Positions 1 to 7,506 of a DNA stretch of 64,000 nucleotides are shown one piece after another (the first letter of the stretch is position 1; each line of letters starts with the position of its first letter). The position numbers and the translations under genes are program-made. The stretch is taken from contig QHUZ01000034.1 in NCBI GenBank assembly GCA_003223395.1, positions 78,930-142,929 on the forward strand, given 5' to 3'. The stretch comes from Gemmatimonadota bacterium. Its GTDB lineage: Bacteria > Gemmatimonadota > Gemmatimonadetes > Gemmatimonadales > GWC2-71-9. The notes under the pieces were generated by a model that did no database searches, was not told the origin of the DNA, and was given only the letters and a program-made list of their open reading frames with translations.

Positions 1-474
1 CCCGATCGCGAGGGCGTTGTCGGTGGGTTTCCCATACGCGATGATGGCGAGCGGAATCGCGGTCGCGAAGATCCGGACGCAGTCGGCCAATGCGCGGGTT
101 ATGAGAAAGACGCCCGACGCGGTACGGCGTGCGGCGGTCCCGAAGCGCCGCTCGAGGCGCTGGTACGCGGTATCCTGGGTTCCTTCGAAATACCCTGGGA
201 GTAAGAGCTTGGCGACGCCGATCCGACCTATCAAGTAACCAAATGCGATCTGCAAGAACGTGAGATCTCCGCGCGCGGCGAGACCCGGCACCGAGATCAC
301 CGTAACGGCTGACGTTTCCGTGGCGACAACGGACAGCATCAAGGCCCACCAGGGAAGCCCCCGGTGTCCAAGGAAATAGTCCGTCGCGTCTCGCTGGCGA
401 CCGGCGAGCAGGAGGCCGAACACGATGACCGCGGCGAAGTACGCGACGATGACGGCGATGTCGAGGCTGCGCAT
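1..474 (-). CDS. sodium:solute symporter (SSF) family protein, N-terminal part; gene runs off the window start
   Basis: Absent from the ORF track because it has no stop in the window. The reverse complement from ATG (472-474) reads MRSLDIAVIVAYFAAVIVFGLLLAGRQRDATDYFLGHRGLPWWALMLSVVATETSAVTVISVPGLAARGDLTFLQIAF with no stop through to position 1. This is a typical SSF N-terminus. Confidence 0.75.
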   Translation of the reverse strand, partial: MRSLDIAVIVAYFAAVIVFGLLLAGRQRDATDYFLGHRGLPWWALMLSVVATETSAVTVISVPGLAARGDLTFLQIAFGYLIGRIGVAKLLLPGYFEGTQDTAYQRLERRFGTAARRTASGVFLITRALADCVRIFATAIPLAIIAYGKPTDNALAIG

Positions 475-477
475 GCC

Positions 478-512
478 TAGAAAAGAAAGGGCCCGCGATG
501 TACGCGGGCCCT
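478..512 (-). terminator. rho-independent terminator candidate downstream of the IscA-like gene
   Basis: Hairpin GGGCCCGCG (489-497) / loop ATGTA / CGCGGGCCC (503-511). On the minus strand it is followed by a T-rich run (complement of 478-488, AGAAAAGAAAG). It lies 28 nt after the stop at 540. Confidence 0.6.
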
Positions 513-539
513 GCCTACGGAATCAGGAAGGACCAACGT

Positions 540-893
540 TCAGACCGTGAACGACGATCCGCAGCCGCAGCCGCCGGAGGCGTTCGGGTTCTCGAACGCA
601 AATCCGGATTCCTGGAAATTGCTCTTGTAATCGATCACCGTGCCGTTCAGATACTGCGAGCTGAATTCGTCGACAAACAACCGCACGCCGGCGCTTTCGA
701 TCACCACGTCATCCGCCGCGGGCTGCTCTTCGATGTTCAGGCTGTAGCGGAAGCCGGAGCACCCGCCCGGCAGCACGGCGACGCGCAGGCCGGCCGACTC
801 CTGCGACACCTTCTCCTCGGCCAGGAACTTCTTGACCTCTTCGCCCGCCCGTTCGGTGAGCGTCAGAGTAACCGACCGTTGTGTAGTGCCCAT
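540..893 (-). CDS. iron-sulfur cluster insertion protein (HesB/IscA/ErpA family)
   Basis: 117 aa. Contains LRVAVLPGGCSGFRYSL and the C-terminal NPNASGGCGCGSSF, which together give the three-Cys IscA signature. GGAGGA sits just upstream of the ATG. Confidence 0.9.
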   Translation of the reverse strand: MGTTQRSVTLTLTERAGEEVKKFLAEEKVSQESAGLRVAVLPGGCSGFRYSLNIEEQPAADDVVIESAGVRLFVDEFSSQYLNGTVIDYKSNFQESGFAFENPNASGGCGCGSSFTV

Positions 894-995
894 TCATATC
901 CTCCAGTCTGGCAGCAACTTAGACAGTCACGGCAAGTCTGTCAACGGGGACGGGACGCTTGCCTAACTCCCCGTCGCGCCCCCAATTGGAGGCCC

Positions 996-2750
996 ATGCG
1001 ACTGACAATCATTGACTGGCTAATCATCGGGCTGTACTTCGCATTCAACGTCGGGATCGGGTTCTACTACAAAGCCCGCGCCGGCAAGAGCACGACGGAG
1101 TTCTTCCTCTCGGGACGCAACGTCCCGTGGTGGCTCGCGGGCACATCGATGGTCGCAACGACCTTCGCCGCCGACACGCCGCTCGCGGTCACCGGTTTCG
1201 TGGCAAAGAACGGTATCGCGGGGAACTGGATCTGGTGGTGCTTCCTCGCGAGCGGGATGCTCACGGTGTTTTTCTATGCGCGGCTGTGGCGCCGGGCGCA
1301 GGTGATGACCGACGTTGAGTTCGCGGAAATCCGCTATGCTGGAAAGCCCGCGGCATTTCTGCGCGGGTTTCGCGCCCTGTATCTCGGGATTCCGATCAAC
1401 TGCATCATCCTCGGCTGGGTCAATCTGGCGATGGTGAAGATCCTCCGGCTGATCTTCGGCATCGGCAAGTTCGAGGCGATCGCCATCGTGCTCGGGATGA
1501 TCGCTCTCACTTCGGCGATTTCGACCCTCTCCGGTCTGTGGGGTGTGCTGGTCACCGACATGTTTCAGTTCGTCATCAAGATGTCGATGGTCATCATCCT
1601 CGCGGTGTTCGCGGTCAACGCCGTGGGCGGCATCGAGGCGATGAAGACGAAGTTGGTGGCGGCGGGTCGCGGTGATGCATTGGACATCGTTCCTGCCGTC
1701 GGCTCGGCGTGGATGCCGATGATCGCGTTCTTCGTCTACATCGGCGTCAACTGGTGGGCGACCTGGTATCCCGGCGCCGAGCCCGGTGGAGGCGGCTACA
1801 TCGCCCAACGAATGTTCTCGGCAAAAGACGAGCGGCACTCGTTGCTCGCCACGCTCTGGTTCAACATCGCGCATTACGCGATCCGGCCGTGGCCGTGGAT
1901 TCTGGTTGCGCTCGCCTCGCTCATTCTCTATCCGGGGCTGCAGGATCCCGAGACCGGCTACATCCGCGTGCTAATCGATCACCTGCCGGCGGCGTTGCGT
2001 GGTCTGATGGTTGCCGCATTCGCGGCCGCCTACATGTCGACGATCGCGACGCAGCTCAACTGGGGCGCGAGCTATCTCGTGAACGATTTCTACCGCCGGT
2101 TTTGGAAGCGTGATCGGACCGACGCGCATTATGTGCTGGCATCCAAGGTGGCGACGGTGGTGTTGACGATCATTTCCGCGCTCGTCACGCTCAAACTGGA
2201 ATCCATCGCCGGGGCGTGGAAGCTGCTGATCGTGACGGGCGCGGGAACGGGTGGCGTGCTGCTCCTACGCTGGTACTGGTGGCGCATCAATGCGTGGAGC
2301 GAGGTGTCGGCGATGGTGTCCGCGTTTGTGGTCTCGCTTTTCCTGCAGCTTGCTCTCGGTTTGGACAATGACAAGCCGATCGACTTCGCGCATATCATGC
2401 TCATAACGGTTGCGGTCACGACAGTCGTGTGGCTGGCCGTGACGTTCCTGACAAAGCCTGAGCCGCAAGAGACGTTGGTGGCGTTCTACCGGCGCACGCG
2501 GCCCTCGCGCGCGGGATGGGCCCCCATCGCCGCGCAAGCGCCCGACGTGAAGGTGGCGGGCGGCGGGTTGTCCAATCTGCTCGACTGGATCGCCGGGTTG
2601 GTGTTGGTGTACGGCGTGCTCTTCGGCGTCGGCAAGTTGCTGCTTCACGAAACATTGCCGGGACTAGTCCTGCTTGCGTTCGGTGCGTTGGGTGGCTTCG
2701 TGATCTACCGCGACTTGTCGCGCCGCGGCTGGGCTACTGTGGTGGAGTAA
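996..2750 (+). CDS. sodium:solute symporter (SSF) family transporter
   Basis: The ORF-track ORF 498-2750 was trimmed to the in-frame ATG at 996 (MRLTIIDWLIIGLYFAFNVGIGFYYKARAGKSTTEFFLSGRNVPWWLAGTSMVATTFAADTPL). GGAGG lies 5 nt upstream. The segment upstream of 996 overlaps the IscA-like gene on the opposite strand. The protein is multi-TM throughout. Confidence 0.85.
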   Translation: MRLTIIDWLIIGLYFAFNVGIGFYYKARAGKSTTEFFLSGRNVPWWLAGTSMVATTFAADTPLAVTGFVAKNGIAGNWIWWCFLASGMLTVFFYARLWRRAQVMTDVEFAEIRYAGKPAAFLRGFRALYLGIPINCIILGWVNLAMVKILRLIFGIGKFEAIAIVLGMIALTSAISTLSGLWGVLVTDMFQFVIKMSMVIILAVFAVNAVGGIEAMKTKLVAAGRGDALDIVPAVGSAWMPMIAFFVYIGVNWWATWYPGAEPGGGGYIAQRMFSAKDERHSLLATLWFNIAHYAIRPWPWILVALASLILYPGLQDPETGYIRVLIDHLPAALRGLMVAAFAAAYMSTIATQLNWGASYLVNDFYRRFWKRDRTDAHYVLASKVATVVLTIISALVTLKLESIAGAWKLLIVTGAGTGGVLLLRWYWWRINAWSEVSAMVSAFVVSLFLQLALGLDNDKPIDFAHIMLITVAVTTVVWLAVTFLTKPEPQETLVAFYRRTRPSRAGWAPIAAQAPDVKVAGGGLSNLLDWIAGLVLVYGVLFGVGKLLLHETLPGLVLLAFGALGGFVIYRDLSRRGWATVVE

Positions 2751-3930
2751 GCGCGTCGTTGACGAGGTCGGCCACGCGGCGGCGCACCTGCAGGATCTTC
2801 GTGTTGGCCCGCGTGGGATTCACGCGGTTGGTGAGCAGAATAATGAAGACGTTCTTGTCGGGGTCGAACCAGATGGATGTGCCGGTGAAGCCGGTATGTC
2901 CGAAGGCATTCGGCCCCATTTTCGTCCCGGCACTCGAGTTCTCCGACGGCGTATCCCATCCGAGCGCGCGGGACGACCCCGCGGGGATGTTCTGCCGCGT
3001 CGTGAAGGCGCGGACCGTCTTGGCGCTGATCGCCGGCGCATTCACTCCGGGCTGCCAGCCGGCGCTTAACGCCCCCCGGCGGAGCTCGAGCAGCCACGCG
3101 GCAAATCGCGTCAGGTCGGGCCCGCTGCTGAACAACCCCGCATGTCCCGACACGCCGCCGAGTCGGCCCGCGTTCTCGTCGTGCACCTCGCCGCGGAGCC
3201 AACGATGCCGGAAGGTCGTGTCATTCTCCGTCGGCGCGATGTGGTCGCGCCAGTCCTCTGGCGGCAAAAAGCGCGTTGACTCCATCTCGAGCGGGCCGAA
3301 CACGCGCGCCTGCAGGAAATCGTTCACGCGCTGCCCTGTGATCGCCTCGACCGCCTGCGTCAACACGATGGCGCCGAGATCCGAATAGACGAACGTGTCG
3401 CCGGGTTGGCGGAGCAGGGGCGTCGTGTCGACCAGCGCCAGCGCTTGCTCGCGCGTTGCCGTCTCGGCGTATAGCGGCCGCCACGCCGGCATCCCGGACG
3501 AATGGGTGAGCAGATGGCGAATGGTCACGCGCTCCTTGCCGGCCCCCTGAAACGCGGGGACGTAGCGCTGGACGGGCGCTTCGAGGTCGATCTTCCCGGA
3601 GTCCACCAGGATCATCACCGCGGTCGTGAGTCCGATGACTTTGGTGAGGGAGGCGAGATCGTAGATGGTTTCGTGCGTGACCAGGCGCGGGTCGTCAACC
3701 GCGTAATGCCCGAAGGGAAACACCATGACGTTGCGATGCGCTCCTCCGATGACCAGCACGCCGCCCGGAAATGCGCTGTCCACTTGCGAGCGCAAATAGT
3801 CGCTGACCGGATCGAAGCGATCGAATTCCTGGTGAGAATCGACCGACGTCTCAGGTCGGAGGGGGGGCGCGGAACGAACGCAACCGAGAACCAGGGCCGC
3901 CGCGAGGGGCGCGCCAAGCCGGCGCATCAT
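2734..3930 (-). CDS. secreted beta-lactamase-family serine hydrolase (AmiE/YbbE-like or AmpH-like)
   Basis: ORF 2734-4341 was trimmed to ATGATG at 3925-3930 (MMRRLGAPLAAALVLGCVRS signal). Carries the SxxK motif in YDLASLTKVIG. Its start overlaps the stop of the upstream nagZ-like gene (ATGA-type coupling). Confidence 0.8.
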   Translation of the reverse strand: MMRRLGAPLAAALVLGCVRSAPPLRPETSVDSHQEFDRFDPVSDYLRSQVDSAFPGGVLVIGGAHRNVMVFPFGHYAVDDPRLVTHETIYDLASLTKVIGLTTAVMILVDSGKIDLEAPVQRYVPAFQGAGKERVTIRHLLTHSSGMPAWRPLYAETATREQALALVDTTPLLRQPGDTFVYSDLGAIVLTQAVEAITGQRVNDFLQARVFGPLEMESTRFLPPEDWRDHIAPTENDTTFRHRWLRGEVHDENAGRLGGVSGHAGLFSSGPDLTRFAAWLLELRRGALSAGWQPGVNAPAISAKTVRAFTTRQNIPAGSSRALGWDTPSENSSAGTKMGPNAFGHTGFTGTSIWFDPDKNVFIILLTNRVNPTRANTKILQVRRRVADLVNDALTPPQ

Positions 3931-5687
3931 GGAATGATGACGTGCGCCGGCGGCTTGACCGGCGCCAGCGTCGAATCGGCAATCGTGAGCCCATGGCCGA
4001 TGGGGTACGCCGGCGGAATCCGGATCGGCAGCTTGCCGCGCACGGGGGACCACCCGAGCAGCACGCGCGCCGCGGCGCGCTCGGCGGGGCGCACGCCGCT
4101 CCAGGCGATGAGATAGGACTTCACCGTCGGCGTCTGGTTGAGGAGGTAAGGGCTGCCGAGCGAGACGAGCACGGTCGGCTTCACGGAGTCGGTGACCGTA
4201 ATCAGCCGCGCGAGCGAGTCGGGCAGCGCGATGCTGCCCTTCGCCGCGATCGGGCGCACGTTCATCGCGAAGATCACGGTGGGTGCGCGGCCGATCACCA
4301 CGCGCGCCGAGTCGTAGGATGCGGTGCCCGACATCGGCCAAAGCCGGAAGAAGCCGACCGTGTCGCCGCCGGCGCGCATGAGCTCGAGCATGCGCTGCCC
4401 GACATAGCTGTTCAGCTCGTCGCCGTACGCGATGATGGCCATGCGGCTCCGCGCGCCGCGCAGCCGCGCGACGATGCCGGTCGTATCGCGGACGAGCGTC
4501 AGCGAGCGCTGCGCGATGTCGTCCGCAGCGTCCTGGAAGGGTTTCGCGCCGACGATGCGCGCGATCGAATCGAGCGGCACAGTCCGCCGCTCGAAGAGGC
4601 CAAGCTGCCGCTTAATCGCGAGCACGCGGCCTACGGACGAATCGAGGCGCGCGGTGGTGAGGCGCCTGCTCTGCAGCGCGACCAGCATCGAGGCGATCGC
4701 CGAATCGGGATCGGCGGGCATGAGCAGCAGATCAGACCCGGCCTCGAACGCGCGCACCGCCGCCTCGCCGGCGCCGTACTTGGCGACGATCGCGCCCATT
4801 TGGAGCGCATCGGTCACAACCAAGCCCTTGAACTTGAGCGAGTCGCGCAGGACGCCCGTGAGCATCGCGGCCGACAGCGTCGCGGGAGCGTCGCCGGTGA
4901 ATGCCGGGAAGGCGATGTGCGCGCTCATCACGACCTGAGCGCCGGCGTCGATGCCGGCGCGGAACGGCACCAGCTCCACGGAGTCGAGCCGAGCGTAGTC
5001 GACGCGGATCGAGGGCAGCCCGATGTGTGAGTCCGCATCGGTATCGCCGTGACCGGGGAAGTGTTTCAGCGTCGCGAGCATGCCGTTGTCCTGCAAGCCG
5101 CGCACGTACGCGCGCACGAGGCGCGCGACGGCGCGGGGATCCTCGCCGAACGAACGGGTATTGATGATCGGATTGAGCGGATTGTTGTTGACGTCGGCAT
5201 CCGGCGCGAAGTTCACGTGGATGCCGACGGCGCGGCCCTCGAGGGCGGCGACGCGCCCGATCGTGTACGCGTCCCGCTCGGTGCCCGTCGCGCCGGCGGC
5301 CATGATGTAGGGGAACGCGGTTGCGCCGACGACGCGCATCGCGGCGCCCCATTCGAGATCCGCGGACACGAGCAACGGCAGCTTGGAACGGCGTTGCAGC
5401 GTGTTGAGCTTCGCCGCGATGTCGTAGGGCGAGCCGACGGAGATGACGATGCCGCCGACCTCGAGCGAGTCGACCCAGCGTGTCGCGATCTGGAAGGCGG
5501 AATCGTCCAGCGCCATGTAGTTTCCGCCCAGCCACGGTACCACGAGCTGCGCCACTTTTTGGCGCGTGGTGAGCTTGGGCAGCACGGCATCGGTGACAAC
5601 CGGCTGCGGGGTGCGGGGCGCGGTAGTCCGGCCACCACACGCCGCACCGGCTAGCAGCGTAACGATCAGGAGTCTATGCGCGCGCAT
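3927..5687 (-). CDS. nagZ: glycoside hydrolase family 3 beta-N-acetylhexosaminidase (NagZ-like), lipoprotein-type signal
   Basis: 586 aa. Contains the GH3 motif KHFPGHGDTDADSH and the N-terminus MRAHRLLIVTLLAGAACGG. Confidence 0.85.
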   Translation of the reverse strand: MRAHRLLIVTLLAGAACGGRTTAPRTPQPVVTDAVLPKLTTRQKVAQLVVPWLGGNYMALDDSAFQIATRWVDSLEVGGIVISVGSPYDIAAKLNTLQRRSKLPLLVSADLEWGAAMRVVGATAFPYIMAAGATGTERDAYTIGRVAALEGRAVGIHVNFAPDADVNNNPLNPIINTRSFGEDPRAVARLVRAYVRGLQDNGMLATLKHFPGHGDTDADSHIGLPSIRVDYARLDSVELVPFRAGIDAGAQVVMSAHIAFPAFTGDAPATLSAAMLTGVLRDSLKFKGLVVTDALQMGAIVAKYGAGEAAVRAFEAGSDLLLMPADPDSAIASMLVALQSRRLTTARLDSSVGRVLAIKRQLGLFERRTVPLDSIARIVGAKPFQDAADDIAQRSLTLVRDTTGIVARLRGARSRMAIIAYGDELNSYVGQRMLELMRAGGDTVGFFRLWPMSGTASYDSARVVIGRAPTVIFAMNVRPIAAKGSIALPDSLARLITVTDSVKPTVLVSLGSPYLLNQTPTVKSYLIAWSGVRPAERAAARVLLGWSPVRGKLPIRIPPAYPIGHGLTIADSTLAPVKPPAHVIIP

Positions 5688-6908
5688 CGTCTCGTTTGGA
5701 TTCTGTTGGGGATCGGGTGTTCCTCGGGAACACGCGCTCCGTCACCTGCATCCGCGCAGGTTCGTCCGGGCATCGAGGTCTTGCTCGCCGACTCGGCGCA
5801 CCTCATCGCCGGCAAGCGTATCGGTCTGCTCTCAAACAACACTGGCGTAGATCATTTGGGCCGCCGTGACGTTGACCTCCTGCGCACGGCGCCCGGCGCA
5901 CGGCTTACGGTGTTGTTCAGTCCCGAGCACGGTTTTCTCGGTAAAGAGGATCGCTCCGGACTTCCGGACAGCCGAGATTCCGCCACCGGTCTCCCAATCT
6001 ACAGTCTCTATGGCGGTTCGCGTACCGCCGCACGCGCCGCGGTCGATTCCGTTGACGTGCTCCTGATCGACCTGCAGGACATCGGGGCCCGCTACTACAC
6101 CTACATCGCGACCACCGTCCAGCTGATGCGCGATGCAACGCGCGTCGGCAAGCGGGTGATCGTGCTCGATCGACCCGATCCCGTCGGCGGCGTGGCAATG
6201 CAGGGCAACGTGCGCGCGCGCGCCAGCGATCCCGATTCCCTCTTCTCCGGCTTCATGCCGGTTCCGATGCGATATGGCATGACACTGGGTGAGCTCGCGC
6301 GTCTGGCGAACGACGCCCTGGCAGTCGGCACAGATCTCGTCGTGGTGCCCGCGCTGGGCTGGAATCGCACGATGTTCTACGACCAGACGGGTCTGCCGTG
6401 GGTGAAACCGTCGCCCAACATGCCGGACATCGAGAGCGCCTTGCTGTATCCCGGCACGTGCTTGTTCGAGGGGACGAATGTTTCCGTCGGTCGGGGGACG
6501 GCCACCGCGTTTCGGGTGCTTGGCGCGCCCTGGCTCGATCCGGAGCGTGTGATCGCTCGTCTCGATACCTCGGCGCTTCGCGGCGTCGATGTGCGCGCGA
6601 CGCGCTTTACGCCGATCGCGCCGACCGACGGCAAGTACGCCGGGGTTGCGCTGCAAGGGATTGAGCTGCGGGTCCGAGAACGTCAGGTCTACGATCCCAC
6701 CAAGTTGGCGGTCGCTCTGCTGGCGGCGATCAAGGCGGTGCATCCCGCCGACTTCCAGTTCCGCGCCCAGAGCTTCGATCGTCTCGCAGCCGGACCGGAG
6801 CTCCGTACGGCGATCGAGGCGGGGCAATCGCCGCAGGCAATCTGGAATTCATGGACCAGCGATCTCGCGCGATTTCGCGAAGCGCGCGCGAAGTACTTGA
6901 TTTACTAG
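5676..6908 (+). CDS. namZ: DUF1343 family exo-beta-N-acetylmuramidase-like protein (NamZ/YbbC-like)
   Basis: 410 aa. The lipoprotein-like N-terminus MRAHRLVWILLGIGCSS is followed by GIEVLLAD..GKRIGLLSNNTGVD..LFSPEHGF, which I recognise as the DUF1343 N-terminal pattern. Confidence 0.7.
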   Translation: MRAHRLVWILLGIGCSSGTRAPSPASAQVRPGIEVLLADSAHLIAGKRIGLLSNNTGVDHLGRRDVDLLRTAPGARLTVLFSPEHGFLGKEDRSGLPDSRDSATGLPIYSLYGGSRTAARAAVDSVDVLLIDLQDIGARYYTYIATTVQLMRDATRVGKRVIVLDRPDPVGGVAMQGNVRARASDPDSLFSGFMPVPMRYGMTLGELARLANDALAVGTDLVVVPALGWNRTMFYDQTGLPWVKPSPNMPDIESALLYPGTCLFEGTNVSVGRGTATAFRVLGAPWLDPERVIARLDTSALRGVDVRATRFTPIAPTDGKYAGVALQGIELRVRERQVYDPTKLAVALLAAIKAVHPADFQFRAQSFDRLAAGPELRTAIEAGQSPQAIWNSWTSDLARFREARAKYLIY

Positions 6909-6916
6909 ATTAGGGC

Positions 6917-7312
6917 ATGGCCGAGCGCCGCTACAACGACAAGGAAATCGCCGCGATCTTTCGCGCGGCGGCGGAAGAAGGACCCCAGACTCCCCAGCGT
7001 GAAGTCGCGCGCGACGAAGGATTGACTCTTTCCGAGCTCCAGGCGATCGGCAGCGAGGTCGGCATCTCGTCCGCCGCGGTCGCGCAGGCTGCCCGAGCCG
7101 TAGATGTGCGTCTGGGCGGCGCGTCGCGGACGTTCCTTGGACTCCGTATTGGCGTGGCCCGGACGGTCAATCTCAATCGCCGGCTCACCGATGAAGAGTG
7201 GGAGCGGCTCGTCGTGCAGTTGCGCGAAGTCTTCAACGCGCGCGGCCGCACGCGCTCCGAAGGCTCGCTGCGGCAGTGGACGAATTCCTTGCGCTCGCCG
7301 GCGTCGGGATGA
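6917..7312 (+). CDS. hypothetical protein, possibly frameshifted (coding signal continues in another frame to 7413)
   Basis: 131 aa, beginning MAERRYNDKEIAAIFRAAAEE, with good third-position GC. See the findings for the frame switch near 7275-7285. Confidence 0.5.
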   Translation: MAERRYNDKEIAAIFRAAAEEGPQTPQREVARDEGLTLSELQAIGSEVGISSAAVAQAARAVDVRLGGASRTFLGLRIGVARTVNLNRRLTDEEWERLVVQLREVFNARGRTRSEGSLRQWTNSLRSPASG

Positions 7313-7506
7313 TCGCCAGCGGCGCCCTCCGGCTGCCGCGATGGGCGCGTCTCCGCGAGCGACAAATGGAAGCGCTTGCAGCCCGGATAACATCCTCCAA
7401 GACAGACACTTAAAGCAGCGCGTCCGAGGGTGAACTTGCCGAGTCGGTCGGGCGCCTCCATATATCGTGCCGCGCCCGCGCCCTTGGGATTCAACCCGGA
7501 GTCGCT

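Noticed and set aside
498-995. N-terminal 166-codon extension of the symporter ORF (the ORF track starts it at 498).
   Set aside because: It overlaps the well-supported IscA-like gene on the opposite strand. It has no transporter-like sequence. ATG 996, with an upstream GGAGG, gives the canonical SSF N-terminus.
894-995. GACAG-N-CTGTC inverted repeat in the iscA/symporter divergent region, considered as a possible Rrf2/IscR operator.
   Set aside because: The arms are only 5 bp and do not resemble IscR type-1 or type-2 sites as I remember them. This is too weak to annotate.
3931-4341. Upstream 137 codons of the beta-lactamase-family ORF.
   Set aside because: This stretch overlaps the 3' end of nagZ in another frame. 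The signal peptide MMRRLGAPLAAALVLGC begins at 3930, with an ATGA-type junction.
7275-7285. Restriction-site palindromes at the suspected lesion junctions (GAATTC at 7277 and 27872, GGTACC at 31013), considered as a hint of engineered joins.
   Set aside because: Six-base palindromes occur by chance many times in 64 kb. There is no vector-like sequence or other sign of manipulation.
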